A stretch of DNA of 64,000 bases. Origin: an uncultured virus (IMG/VR IMGVR_UViG_3300023179_000090) (Duplodnaviria; Heunggongvirae; Uroviricota; Caudoviricetes; Demerecviridae). The first letter of the stretch is position 1, and every line of letters starts with the position of its first letter. The DNA is taken from IMG/VR virus record IMGVR_UViG_3300023179_000090, one strand, 5' to 3'. Shown here piece after piece: positions 23,662 through 34,900 of the stretch. The notes beneath the pieces are model-generated. The model saw only the letters and a list, made by a program, of their open reading frames with translations, was not told the DNA's origin and did not search any database. Made by a program: the position numbers and the translations under genes.

Positions 23662-24861
23662 ATGTCAATTAATTTATTACGTAATAGTAAAGTTTACTTT
23701 ACTACTAATGTAGATACCGCAGCGCCAAACATAGGTAAAATTCTTACGGGTGTAGGAGCATTAGCAGATCATACTAGTAGTACAACATTTGAAATACAGG
23801 TGTTAGACGATCTTAGCTTTAGCCAAACTACTGCTGTAGAAACAATTGCTGTTAATGAAACTGGTAGTGCACCTATTCGTGGACAACGTACTTTTAACAC
23901 TGCATTAAATCCAGTAGATTTTAACTTTACTACCTACATGCGTCCTTATGACAACACTACGACTAAAGTAAGTTGTGAAGAAAGTGTATTGTGGAACGCA
24001 ATGTTTGGAGTAGATGCTATTGGTGGTACTAATCCTGCTTGGACTGATGGTACTACTGGCACAGACCCAGCAGTTTGTGTACTAACTAATAGTGCTCAAC
24101 ATCAATTACAACGTTTTGGTATAATTGTAATTTTTGATCAAAACTGCTTTTTACTACACGATTGTTCACTAAATACAGCAACAATTGATTTTGGTATTGA
24201 TGCTATTGCTAGTATACAGTGGAGTGGTCAAGCCAGATCAATTGAGCGAATAACAGCACCTACTGATACTAGTGGAACTTGGAGTGGTTCACTAGTAGGT
24301 ACTTATACACCCAAAGTTACTACAGCTCCATTTATTGCTAATAAATTAAGTACAGTTAGTTTAGTAAGTAAGATTGGTGCTTATGGTAGTGCACCCAGTC
24401 ATAATGGTGCACCTAATGGTACTGGCACAACTTATAATATGCCATTAACAGGTGGTAGTATTACACTAACAAATAATATTACTTATCTAACACCTGCTTA
24501 TATGGGTGCAATTAATCAACCAATTACTTATTTTACAGGTAGTCGCAGCGTTACCGGTAGTTTAACCGCATATTTACGTACTGGTAGTGGTGGTAGTAAT
24601 TATAGTGCAAATTTATTTAGTGATTTAATTGCACAGGTAAATACTGACAGTGATCCTGAGTTTTACTTGCAGGTAGAAATTGGTGGTGCAAGCAACAATG
24701 TAAGAGTTGAATTAGAGATGCCAGGTGTTGTATTAACAATACCTACTGTTAATGCTGAAAGCGTAATTACTACAACAGTTAACTTTACAGCTCAAGGTAC
24801 TGGCAGCGGCATCTTCAATATCTTACAAGATAACGAAATTAAGGTTAAATATTTTGCCTAA
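23662..24861 (+). CDS. major tail tube protein (T5 pb6-like)
   Basis: MSINLLRN, EIQVLDDLSFSQ, RGQRTFNTALNP and FIANKLS motifs; position. Confidence 0.85.
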   Translation: MSINLLRNSKVYFTTNVDTAAPNIGKILTGVGALADHTSSTTFEIQVLDDLSFSQTTAVETIAVNETGSAPIRGQRTFNTALNPVDFNFTTYMRPYDNTTTKVSCEESVLWNAMFGVDAIGGTNPAWTDGTTGTDPAVCVLTNSAQHQLQRFGIIVIFDQNCFLLHDCSLNTATIDFGIDAIASIQWSGQARSIERITAPTDTSGTWSGSLVGTYTPKVTTAPFIANKLSTVSLVSKIGAYGSAPSHNGAPNGTGTTYNMPLTGGSITLTNNITYLTPAYMGAINQPITYFTGSRSVTGSLTAYLRTGSGGSNYSANLFSDLIAQVNTDSDPEFYLQVEIGGASNNVRVELEMPGVVLTIPTVNAESVITTTVNFTAQGTGSGIFNILQDNEIKVKYFA

Positions 24862-24913
24862 TAGTTTTATAAACCAGAGCCAGTTAGCTGGCTCTATTAA
24901 TCAATAAAGATCC

Positions 24914-25330
24914 ATGACACAACTAAGTTTAAAAACCCTACTTGTTCCTTCAAAAGCAGTTGAAGTAGAATTTCCTGGTATGCCAGGATTTTTAGTAAAT
25001 GTTGCATTTTTAAGCCGTGAAACATTAATTAATGTTCGCAAAAAAGCAACTAAAACTACATTTAAAAATCGTCAGCCACAAGAAGAACTAGACGACGAAT
25101 TATTTTTACAGCTATATGTTGAAAATGCTGTAAAAGGCTGGACAGGTCTAAAGATTAAATATCTTGAACAACTAGCACCTGTTGATGTTAGTCATCTAGA
25201 TCCAGAAGATGAGTTAACCTACACTGCAGAAAATGCACTGTACTTAATGAAAAACAGCACTAATTTTGATAGCTTTATTAGTGAGCAGGTAAGTGACCTG
25301 GGAAACTTTTCCAAGAACAAATCAGCTTAG
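24914..25330 (+). CDS. tail assembly chaperone (gpG-like)
   Basis: Between tube and tape measure genes; G GGA AAC slippery site near the 3' end. Confidence 0.8.
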   Translation: MTQLSLKTLLVPSKAVEVEFPGMPGFLVNVAFLSRETLINVRKKATKTTFKNRQPQEELDDELFLQLYVENAVKGWTGLKIKYLEQLAPVDVSHLDPEDELTYTAENALYLMKNSTNFDSFISEQVSDLGNFSKNKSA

Positions 25331-25692
25331 TTGAACAACAGTTTAAAAATTATTTTGAAAATCAACTAGCTGGCGGCATGACTAAAGAAATGTATTTAGA
25401 AATGTGCAGTCAATTAGGTACTGAGCCCGTAGACAGTGAAATACCCGTTGAGGTCGAAGACTTCCCACTAGAAGCACAACAAGCATTACTAGCTTATCGC
25501 ATGCTACGTGATGAGTGGGAAGGTTTCAATGGTTTATACTTAGGTAAAAGCTTAGTTGGTTTGACGGAGGTATTAGATTTTATTGAAGCTAGTGATCAAG
25601 CAGATAGAAAATTAATAGTTATACTTATACAAACTATAGATGGTATACGTGGTAACCTAATAAATGAAAAACAAAAAAAGCCCGCCAAATAG
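25300..25692 (+). CDS. tail assembly chaperone, -1 frame extension (gpGT-like)
   Basis: The -1 frame is open from the slippery site at 25300 through ORF 25378-25692. Confidence 0.75.
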   Translation, partial: GKLFQEQISLVEQQFKNYFENQLAGGMTKEMYLEMCSQLGTEPVDSEIPVEVEDFPLEAQQALLAYRMLRDEWEGFNGLYLGKSLVGLTEVLDFIEASDQADRKLIVILIQTIDGIRGNLINEKQKKPAK

Positions 25693-25711
25693 TAATTTTG
25701 CGGGCTTTTTT
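25674..25711 (+). terminator. Rho-independent terminator
   Basis: AAAGCCCGC...GCGGGCTTTTTT. Confidence 0.85.
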
Positions 25712-25731
25712 ATTGCGTAAAATTTTTTATA

Positions 25732-25760
25732 TTGACATTCTTACGCCCTTATGTTATAAT
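25732..25760 (+). promoter_or_regulatory. late promoter candidate
   Basis: TTGACA-17 bp-TATAAT with extended -10. Confidence 0.8.
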
Positions 25761-25814
25761 TGGTTTAAATTTACCAAAAGTCATATGACTTTAACCTAAA
25801 TACCTGGAGCAAAC

Positions 25815-28800
25815 ATGGCAGGTAATAAAATAGAAATTGATTTAAGTGTACAAGATAAAAGTGGTACAATTAAACAGCGCACTAATGAAGTCAAAGAACT
25901 TCATCAAGAATTAAAAAGTACCAAAACTACTGCTAGTAATTTTGGGATGCCCACAGGTACTCAAGCTGGGTATCAAGCTATGCGCGCTAGTTATGGAACC
26001 TCAGCACAACGAGCAAGCGAAGACTCTACTGTTGGATTACAGCGCACTACTGTAACTACTGGTTTTCAGCGTAGCGGCCAACAAGCTAGCAGACAATCGA
26101 CCTATAGCCCTACTCAAAACGAAATGAGTGACTATACTATTGCTGGTGGAGTTACAGGACGTGGTGGTGCAGCTGCACGTGATTTTGCCAATCAAGCTCA
26201 GGGATTAGATGGACTAGTTAGACTTTATGCAGAATATGCAGCTAGATTGTTTGCAGCGAGTGCTGCATTTACAGCACTTAGAAATGCTATGGACACAGAT
26301 ATAATGGTTCGAGGCATGGAGCAGTTAAGTGCAGCTAGTGGAACAAGTTTAGCTAGTATGACTAAAAGTTTTATAACGGCTAGTGATGGCATGATTAGTT
26401 TTAGAGAAGCCGCTGAAGCAGTTACTAAAGCTACTAGTAGTGGTATGGGTCGTGAACAGGTTATGCAAATAGCAGAGGTTGCTAAAGGAGCAAGTCAAGC
26501 TTTAGGCTTAAATATGAATGATGCTGTTAGTAGACTTACTCGTGGTATTACTAAACTAGAACCAGAACTATTAGATGAATTAGGAATATTTACTAAATTA
26601 GATAAAGCTGTAACAGATTATGCACGTACTGTAGGCAAAAGTGAAAGTGCATTAACTGATTTTGAACGCAGACAAGCTTTTGCTAATGCTGTGCTTAAAG
26701 AAGGTAGAGATAAATTTAGTGAAATTGCTCAGCAGGGTAATCCATACGATAAATTATTAGCAAGCTTAAAAGATGTAGCTCAACAAATGTTAAGTGTAGT
26801 TAATACTGTAATTACTCCTATAGTCAAATTATTTGCTGATAATAGTACGCTTATTGCTGGATCTATTGCAATTATAGCTACTAAAATAGTAAGTAAAGCC
26901 ATACCTGCTCTAGGGGCCTACAGTGAATATTTACGTAAAACAGCTGCTGCCAGTGCAGTTATGGCTACTGGGGAAGCCCATGATGCCTATGCAGGCCAAG
27001 AAAAATTTTTAGCAAAAAAATTAGGCAGAAATGCCGCTCAAGAATCTTTAGCAAAATTAAGTACAGTACGAGTAGATATAGAAAATGAGATAGAATCTGT
27101 TTCTAAAAGGGTAGGAGCTAATTATCAGCAACAATTGCAGCAACAACAAAAAATATTAGATCTTAAAAAGCAAGCATTAATAATAGATAAAGCAATTGAG
27201 GCAGAACAAAAGAAAATTGCTGATATAAATCAAAAGATAGAGGAAAGAACAAGTACACAACCAAAATTTTTATTAGAACCTTGGCAGTATATGAAGAAAC
27301 AAATAGCAGATACTGCTGTAGCTAAAACTATGGGTGATCAAATCAAATCTAAAGTGGTAACTGCTACCGAAGAACAGGGACCAGTTGCTGCTTTTGGTAT
27401 ATTAAAAGATTTATTGGGTAGTGCAGAAGATACCAAAGGCATGGGTAAAGTTTCAAAAGTAATTACCGCTATAAGTTCAGCTTTTGGTATATTAGGTCAA
27501 ACTATTTTAACAGTTACAAGATATTTGAGTAGATTTATTCCATTTATAGGTCAAGCAATAGCTTTATATGAAATATATGCAGCATTTTTTAGTAATAATA
27601 CTAAAGAAGTAGCTAAATTTGATTCTGCTATTGATCAATTAAACGATACCGTAAAAACTGCTACAGATGTTAATGATAAATATAAACAAAGCATGAGTAT
27701 AGAAGCTGTATTGGCCTATGCTAATAGTTTTAATGAAATAACAGAAAGTGTTAGAAAAACAGCAGATGCTTATAATGAAGCTAATCAGGCAGCCGGATTT
27801 TTAGATAATGTAGCTAATGCCATTAAAGTAGTAATACCTCTATGGGATAGTCTTGAAGAAAAAGCAGCTGAAAGTACAGGTACAGCTGTAGGTGCACTAA
27901 TAAAGCAACTAGGAAATAGACCCGAAACAGAAGAATATAAGAAAAGTATAGGTAATATACTAGGTATTGAAGATACTAGACGAGTAAATAACAAAAGTGT
28001 TGAAGAAGCTCTTAGAGACCTACGCGGTGATTCTGAAAAATTTGCACAAGTTCAAGGTCTTATAGTTGATGCTACTGAAAAGGCTAATAAAAAACTACAA
28101 GAACAAACACTTTATTTACGAGGACTAAAAGATGCTGCACAAAATGCAGAAAAATCTGCTACATCATTTATGAATAGTTTAAGAGATACTAGTAATCTAT
28201 CTATTATGATGGAAAATAATATTAAATATTTAACTCAACTAGATAAAGCATTAACTTCTACAGATCAATCTACTAGAATCGCTGCTGTTGATAGTTTAAA
28301 AGATGTTAATTTTGCCGCAATTTTTGGTGAAGCAGCGGTAGAAGTAGCTAGATTAAGCGAAGAATTTGAAGAGCTGCAAGGTCCAGCTGATGCAGCTAAT
28401 AAGGAATTAGTAAAGGTTAATAAACGAATTGATGAATTAAATAGTAAAACACTAAGAACTTGGTGGCAAGAAAATGAATTAGAGGGATTGAAAGCATTAA
28501 AAGGTGGACTAGATCAAGTAGTAACAATGGCTACTGAAAAAGCAGCCCAAATAGCTAATTTAGTATCACAAGCTGTATCTAAGAGTGTTGATGCGCAAAT
28601 AGAACAAACAGTAAAAAAATATAATTTGGAAGTCCAAAAGCTAGGTGTAGAGCAGGCTAAATTCATGGCTAGTAAAGCACCAGTAAAAACTGTTGGGATG
28701 ATTGATTATCAAGCTAAATTAGACAAGGAATTAGTAAATATTGAAACTCAGCTATTATCTGCACAATATGATTTAGCTGATAGTATTGATAGATTAAATT

Positions 28801-31046
28801 CAACAATTAAGCAAGAATCAGATATAAGAAGAAAAGACTTATTAGAAAAAGCAGGAGTAACTGTAGATGGTACAGATAAAAGATCTATAGAACTACAAGG
28901 CATTAATAAAAGATTAGAATCTAAAGTAGGATCTGGTGGCGAAATGATAGGTACTAGCTACCAAATAGCCGATAAATTTTTAGAAGATTTTAAAAGCGGC
29001 AAATTAAAACTATCTCCTCAAAAATTAATAGAAGAAGCTCAAGTATATTTACGAGAATTTCCTGAGAAATTAGCACAGTTTGATAGAATTTTAAAAAATC
29101 AATTAAGAAAAACTGCAGCTGCTAATAAAGCTCAACAAATAGATATTACTGCAACTATAGACAAGATAAATTTAACTACTCAACAAGCAGTTGAGCAAAT
29201 AGATAATGAAATACAGTCTATAAATGTAGCTATTAGTAACATTGGCAGTGATACTCCAGCTAGGATACAATTAGCTATGGATGCTGCTAATTTAATACTT
29301 ACAAAAGAGTTAGATAAAATAGACCTAATAACTCAAGCAAAATTAGATAATTTAAGTAAATTAAAATTACCAGCAGATCAGGTAGAAGAACAAAAACGTA
29401 GAATAGCAACTGAAGATAAAATGGCTAGATTTAAAATTGAACAGGCCGCTAAAGAAAAAGAATTAGAAAATACTGCCCAAAAAACCTTATTAGTAGAAAA
29501 ACAAAAACAAGATATAATTATTAAAACAGCTGAAGCTCAAAAAGGATTAGTAATTGGTGAAGGCTTAATGTTTGATCTACAAAGACAAAGCTTAGATAGA
29601 GTCATAAGACAAGCACAGGATAGTATAGAAATAGCCGAGTTACAGAAAAAACTAATAATAAGCGAAAAGAAATTACAAGAGTTTGAATCTAAAACTGCTG
29701 CCGAGGGGATGACAGCCGCACAATTAATACAGGGTGGTAATTTAATTGCAGCTGTCCAAGAAGATAAAGATGCTTTACAGCGTGCAAAAAATCTACAAGG
29801 ACTTCGTAACCGAGGTGTAGAGGCACAAAATAATTACAATAATTTATTAACACAGCAAAAAACAATAATGGCAGAATTTGACGCTAGTCAGGAAAGACAA
29901 GCAGCACTAGACTCAAAAAGTATTGCTGATCGTACATTTATAGTTAACAAAGCAGAACAACAATTAAATATACAACAAAAATTAGGCTTTTTAACTGATA
30001 GAGAAATTCAAGTAGGACAAGCTGCAATAGCTCAAGCAAAATTAGAAATAGAAAGAGATACAGAACTACTAAACCTTGCTAGAGAACGGTTACGAATAGA
30101 AAAATTACTGGATTTAGAAAAAGAAAAACCCCAGCAATTTGTATATACCGAAATGGGTGATCGTGTTCGAGTTAAGAGTGACACAGAAATACAACTAGAA
30201 AGTCAATTAAAAGGTATTGGTGAAAAAGTTGATGCAACTAAAATAAAAGCTAAAGAAGGCGTAGAAAGCATACAAAGAGATTTAGATATTACACCTAGAA
30301 TGGAAAAATATAGTAAAGCGTTTATAGGTTTTTTTGATAGTATGGGTGATGCTATTGCAAATTGGGCAGCAACAGGTAAATGGAATGGAAAAGAACTAGT
30401 TAATAGTTTAATACAAGACTTACTTAGATACGAAATGCGCTTACAGATGCACGCTCTATTTGTACAAGGCTTAAAACCTTTAATTGGTAACTTTTTTAGT
30501 AATTTAAATTTTGGAAGTGGAATAGGGTATGGTAGTCAAGATTTAGGTCAATATTTTGCCAAAGGTGGCGCATTTGACACTATGGGCAGTGTACCTGGTT
30601 ATGCAAAAGGCGGCATGTTTACAAATAAAGTAGTGGATAAGCCAACATTTTTTATGGCTGCAAAAGGTCTTGGCGTTATGGGTGAAGCAGGTCCAGAAGC
30701 TATAATGCCCCTAAGGCGTGATAAGAGTGGCAAACTAGGTATTATGACATTTGCTCAAGGAGATATATTACCATTGGGTAGAAATGATAATGGGGACTTA
30801 GCCGCTAGTATTAGTGGTACAAATAATAGTAGTAGTTCTAATACTATGGGTAATACTACTATAAATGTACATAATTATACTGGTAAAGAAGTTAATACGC
30901 AAGAGTCTACAGATGCTCGTGGTAATCGTAGAATAGAGGTAACAGTAGGCGAAATGGTAGGAGCAGAAGTTTCTAGAGTTGGTGGAGCTCCTAGACAGTC
31001 TATAAATGCTACTTATGGTTTAAAACCGTTATTAATTAGGAGATAA
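25815..31046 (+). CDS. tail tape measure protein
   Basis: 1743 aa, Ala/Gln/Lys-rich and helical; RDFANQAQGL and LEPELLDELGI motifs; C-terminal FAKGG...MGEAGPEAIMPL. Confidence 0.92.
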   Translation: MAGNKIEIDLSVQDKSGTIKQRTNEVKELHQELKSTKTTASNFGMPTGTQAGYQAMRASYGTSAQRASEDSTVGLQRTTVTTGFQRSGQQASRQSTYSPTQNEMSDYTIAGGVTGRGGAAARDFANQAQGLDGLVRLYAEYAARLFAASAAFTALRNAMDTDIMVRGMEQLSAASGTSLASMTKSFITASDGMISFREAAEAVTKATSSGMGREQVMQIAEVAKGASQALGLNMNDAVSRLTRGITKLEPELLDELGIFTKLDKAVTDYARTVGKSESALTDFERRQAFANAVLKEGRDKFSEIAQQGNPYDKLLASLKDVAQQMLSVVNTVITPIVKLFADNSTLIAGSIAIIATKIVSKAIPALGAYSEYLRKTAAASAVMATGEAHDAYAGQEKFLAKKLGRNAAQESLAKLSTVRVDIENEIESVSKRVGANYQQQLQQQQKILDLKKQALIIDKAIEAEQKKIADINQKIEERTSTQPKFLLEPWQYMKKQIADTAVAKTMGDQIKSKVVTATEEQGPVAAFGILKDLLGSAEDTKGMGKVSKVITAISSAFGILGQTILTVTRYLSRFIPFIGQAIALYEIYAAFFSNNTKEVAKFDSAIDQLNDTVKTATDVNDKYKQSMSIEAVLAYANSFNEITESVRKTADAYNEANQAAGFLDNVANAIKVVIPLWDSLEEKAAESTGTAVGALIKQLGNRPETEEYKKSIGNILGIEDTRRVNNKSVEEALRDLRGDSEKFAQVQGLIVDATEKANKKLQEQTLYLRGLKDAAQNAEKSATSFMNSLRDTSNLSIMMENNIKYLTQLDKALTSTDQSTRIAAVDSLKDVNFAAIFGEAAVEVARLSEEFEELQGPADAANKELVKVNKRIDELNSKTLRTWWQENELEGLKALKGGLDQVVTMATEKAAQIANLVSQAVSKSVDAQIEQTVKKYNLEVQKLGVEQAKFMASKAPVKTVGMIDYQAKLDKELVNIETQLLSAQYDLADSIDRLNSTIKQESDIRRKDLLEKAGVTVDGTDKRSIELQGINKRLESKVGSGGEMIGTSYQIADKFLEDFKSGKLKLSPQKLIEEAQVYLREFPEKLAQFDRILKNQLRKTAAANKAQQIDITATIDKINLTTQQAVEQIDNEIQSINVAISNIGSDTPARIQLAMDAANLILTKELDKIDLITQAKLDNLSKLKLPADQVEEQKRRIATEDKMARFKIEQAAKEKELENTAQKTLLVEKQKQDIIIKTAEAQKGLVIGEGLMFDLQRQSLDRVIRQAQDSIEIAELQKKLIISEKKLQEFESKTAAEGMTAAQLIQGGNLIAAVQEDKDALQRAKNLQGLRNRGVEAQNNYNNLLTQQKTIMAEFDASQERQAALDSKSIADRTFIVNKAEQQLNIQQKLGFLTDREIQVGQAAIAQAKLEIERDTELLNLARERLRIEKLLDLEKEKPQQFVYTEMGDRVRVKSDTEIQLESQLKGIGEKVDATKIKAKEGVESIQRDLDITPRMEKYSKAFIGFFDSMGDAIANWAATGKWNGKELVNSLIQDLLRYEMRLQMHALFVQGLKPLIGNFFSNLNFGSGIGYGSQDLGQYFAKGGAFDTMGSVPGYAKGGMFTNKVVDKPTFFMAAKGLGVMGEAGPEAIMPLRRDKSGKLGIMTFAQGDILPLGRNDNGDLAASISGTNNSSSSNTMGNTTINVHNYTGKEVNTQESTDARGNRRIEVTVGEMVGAEVSRVGGAPRQSINATYGLKPLLIRR

Positions 31047-31048
31047 TT

Positions 31049-31411
31049 ATGGCTAGTGTATCATGGCCTTCTACTATCCCGCAAAATCCGCAAAAAGGGT
31101 TCACAGAAAAAGGAGGAGTTCTACTAGCTAGAACTCCTATGGATAAAGGCTTACCAAAAGTTCGTAGACTAGGACAGTCTCCTAAAATGTTAAATATGAC
31201 ATTTTTATTTACAGCTAGCGAATTGCAAACTTTCGAAACTTTTGTCTATAGTACAATAAAAGGTGTATTAAGATTTAATTTTAAACATCCTAGAACTGGT
31301 GCAATAGAAGAAATGCGTATAGTTGGGTCAAATGATGGACAATTATTTACAGTAACATATCTAGCTCCAGGTTATTATAATGTTGATTTACAAATGGAGG
31401 TATTACCTTGA
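31049..31411 (+). CDS. distal tail protein (lambda gpM-like)
   Basis: 120 aa directly after the tape measure gene; WP..., RTPMDKG.PKVRR and F.FKHP motifs. Confidence 0.65.
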   Translation: MASVSWPSTIPQNPQKGFTEKGGVLLARTPMDKGLPKVRRLGQSPKMLNMTFLFTASELQTFETFVYSTIKGVLRFNFKHPRTGAIEEMRIVGSNDGQLFTVTYLAPGYYNVDLQMEVLP

Positions 31412-31977
31412 GAGTAGGAATGAGTCCAGCTGCAATAAAAGCTGTATTAGCACCCGAAAGCGGCGATGATTTTATAATACTCATAACTATATATGATCCA
31501 GATATACCTAGTACTATTATTGCTAGAATTTGTGATAATTGGACTGGTAGGTTATCTGGTAGTATAAATATAGGTAGTACAGGTACTGGTGGTGTTATAA
31601 CTTACACTACAGATGATGATGATATATTATACGGTGTACAGCGAGCTGATGGTACAAAATTTCTATTTTTACCAATAGAAATAACTTTACCAGATGAGCG
31701 AGATGGAACTCCTCCACGTGCAAATATAGTATTTCATGATATTACTCAGTATTTAGTACCAATGATAAGAAGTCTAAGAAGTCCTCCATTGGTAAAAATG
31801 GAAATAGTGTTAAGTAGTAATGTAGATACTCCAGAAGTAACATTTACAGATTTTTATATCTACAATATAACCTACAATAGAGACACTATTTCTGCAGAAC
31901 TAGGTATGATTAATTATGAGTTAGAGCCATTTCCTCAACATAGTTTTACACCAGCATATTTTCCAGGAATTTTTTAA
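31408..31977 (+). CDS. tail tip protein (gpL / DUF1833-like)
   Basis: F.FLPIEITLPDE and EPFP...FTPAYFPGIF motifs; position. Confidence 0.65.
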   Translation: MRVGMSPAAIKAVLAPESGDDFIILITIYDPDIPSTIIARICDNWTGRLSGSINIGSTGTGGVITYTTDDDDILYGVQRADGTKFLFLPIEITLPDERDGTPPRANIVFHDITQYLVPMIRSLRSPPLVKMEIVLSSNVDTPEVTFTDFYIYNITYNRDTISAELGMINYELEPFPQHSFTPAYFPGIF

Positions 31978-34900
31978 TGTGGTCAAATAAATATATTGAT
32001 ATACCATTCAAAGATGGTGGTAGAGATAGCAATGGATTAGATTGCTGGGGATTAGTTCGTTTAATTTATAAAGATGAATATAATATTCATCTACCAAGCT
32101 TTTCAAATAGTTATACAACTACAGAAGATACTGAAAGATTACAAGAATTAATTAATCAGTATAAAGAAGGCTGGAAGCAAGTAGACGCTCCCAGAGAGGG
32201 ATTAGTTGTATTATTAAAAACTATGGGTTATGGTACCCATGTAGGTGTATTAATTAATAATACTGAATTTTTACATATTAACGAAGGTACCAATGTAACC
32301 GTAGAAAGTTTATTAAATACTCGTTGGAGTAAACGAGTATTAGGATTTTATGAGTACGACACTCAAAAATCTGCTATATTAACTGCAATGCCACATCCAT
32401 TAAAAACGCAACAATATACTCTGCCAGTTGTTGCTGGTACAACTCTAAAAGAGTTATCTGAATGGTTATTTGAAAAGTGGAATTTTAGCAAAAAATTTGC
32501 TCAAAAAATTATAATTATAGTTAATGGTGTATTAGTAGAGCAAGATAAATGGGCTGTATACACCCTACAAGAAAAAGATAAAATAGAATATAGAGCACTT
32601 GCTGGAAAAGGTAATGGCGGCAACTTATTTAAAATGATTGCTATGATAGCAATTAGTATTGCTGCACCTTATATAGCAGGGTATATAATGACAGCTGCTG
32701 GCTACGGTGGAGCAGTGGCAGCAAGTTGGGTTTCTGCTACAACTTTTGGTGCTTTGGGAATGATGGCAACAGCAGGAGTAGCTCTTGCCGGTAGTTTACT
32801 AATAAATGCAATTGCTCCAATACGGCCACCTAAAACACCAGAGACAACAGATCCTGGTAGTGCTGAATCGCAACTAATAGCTACAGGAAATGGTAATAGA
32901 ATTACACCCTATGATGCAATTCCTGTAGTTTTAGGAAAAATGCGTATAACTCCACCTCTTGGAGCTGTAAATTATATAACCTATCAAAATGATAGAGATA
33001 CTTATCTATCTAGTTTATTAATTTGGGGATATGGACCATTAGTGTTACATAATTATTCAGCTACACCTGGTACTGGATTAAAAATTGGAGAGTTAGCTGC
33101 TACTGATTATACTATTGATAGAATACAGCATCATAATTTATATAATGGTGCTACAGCTATACCTAATAACATAAGTAATTTAAATGATATATACGGCACT
33201 GATATAGCACAAGATTTTAAGAATATAGAATTAGTTAATAATGTTCATAGATTTTTACCATCACATCCTACGCCATTACAAGTAGAGGCCGAAGTACCCA
33301 GCCTAGCAGCTGGACAGAGTGGCTATACTAGTGCACAGATAGCTGTTCATTTTCCGCAAGGATTAAGAAAAATACGAGCACAAGGCAACGATGCTGGTAA
33401 GTCATATGCTTTAACAGATAGTGCTAATGGTGGAAACTACCCAGTTCAAGTAAAATTTGAATATGCCGTTGGTGGAGGAGCATATTTACCAATAACTAGC
33501 TTAGGTACAGCAGGAGTTGTTGATTATGGTAGTAATATTAAAAAAGATGCTTTTACTATTACTCATGAAATAGATTTTACTAATACACCAATAACAAGTA
33601 GTATAAAAGTTAGATTAACAAGATTAAATGGTTCTATTGGAGAAGCACCTGCAGAAAATACTACTGAATATACTGCACTATCAGGACTTGGAGGTATTTG
33701 TTATATTGATCAATATTCTACAGATACACAAGGTCAAAAATATGTATCTGCTTCAGTAGCCAATGGTTCATTAACAAAGGAACAATGTGAGCAACAAGAA
33801 GGTAGATGGGATCCCGCTACAGGATCTTTAATAGAACAAGCGAAAGATTGGAGACTTTGTCATCAAGTAAACTTTTTATCTTTTACAGCACGTAGACTGG
33901 AAAATCCAGTAAAAGAACCAGTTGATGTAGATTTATCAAAAACAGCAATTAGATTAAAGTCTAGTCAAGAAATTAATGGACAGCTAGAGGGTATTAATGC
34001 TATAGTACAAACTCGTGGTAAAGATTTAATAGGTGCCACTTTTACGCCGAATACTACAACAACACCAGGATCTAGTACTGGAGGAACTTGGCAGGATGCA
34101 GCTATAAATAACCCAGCTAGTTTATTTTTACATGTATTAAGTAGTTCTGCTAATCCAAAAAGTATACCTTGGGGCGAAATAGTTAGCGGACTAAGGGTAG
34201 ATATTGCCAAGATAAATTACTGGCATGGTTATTGTAAAGCTAAAAATTTTACTTTTAATGCAACAATAGGGCAACAACGTAGCATAGTAGATATATTAAG
34301 AGATATATGTGCAGCGGGCAGGGCAAGTCCTACATTAGTAGATGGTAAATGGACAGTAACTATTGATGAACCAAAACCTACTGTTTCACAATTTTTTAGT
34401 CCACATAATAGTTGGGGTTTTGAAGGCTCTAAAGTATTAACTAAAACGCCTGACGGATTAAAAGTAAGTTATATTGATGAAGATCAAGAATATAAACAAG
34501 TAGAAGAAATTGTTTATAATTTTGGATATAATGGAGATGGTAGCGGTGGTAAAATAGCTGCAAAATTATTTGAACAAATATCACTACCTGGCGTAACTAA
34601 AAATACTTTAGCTATTGATCATGCTAAGTGGGCTATGGCTCAAACAAAGTTACGCAGAGAAAGTTACATTTTAAATACTGACTTAGAATATATCGTATGT
34701 AATAGAGGCGATAGAGTTATTGTCGCGCATGATGTTCCGTTATGGGGAGTGGGTAGTGGGCGAATTAAGAAAATATTTGCCGGAGATACAATACTAGAGT
34801 TAGATGAAGCAGTATTGCTGGATCCTAGTAAACAGTATCAAGTAAAAATAAGAAATAATGAAAATCCTACATTAAATATATTTGGTACATTTGATCCAAG

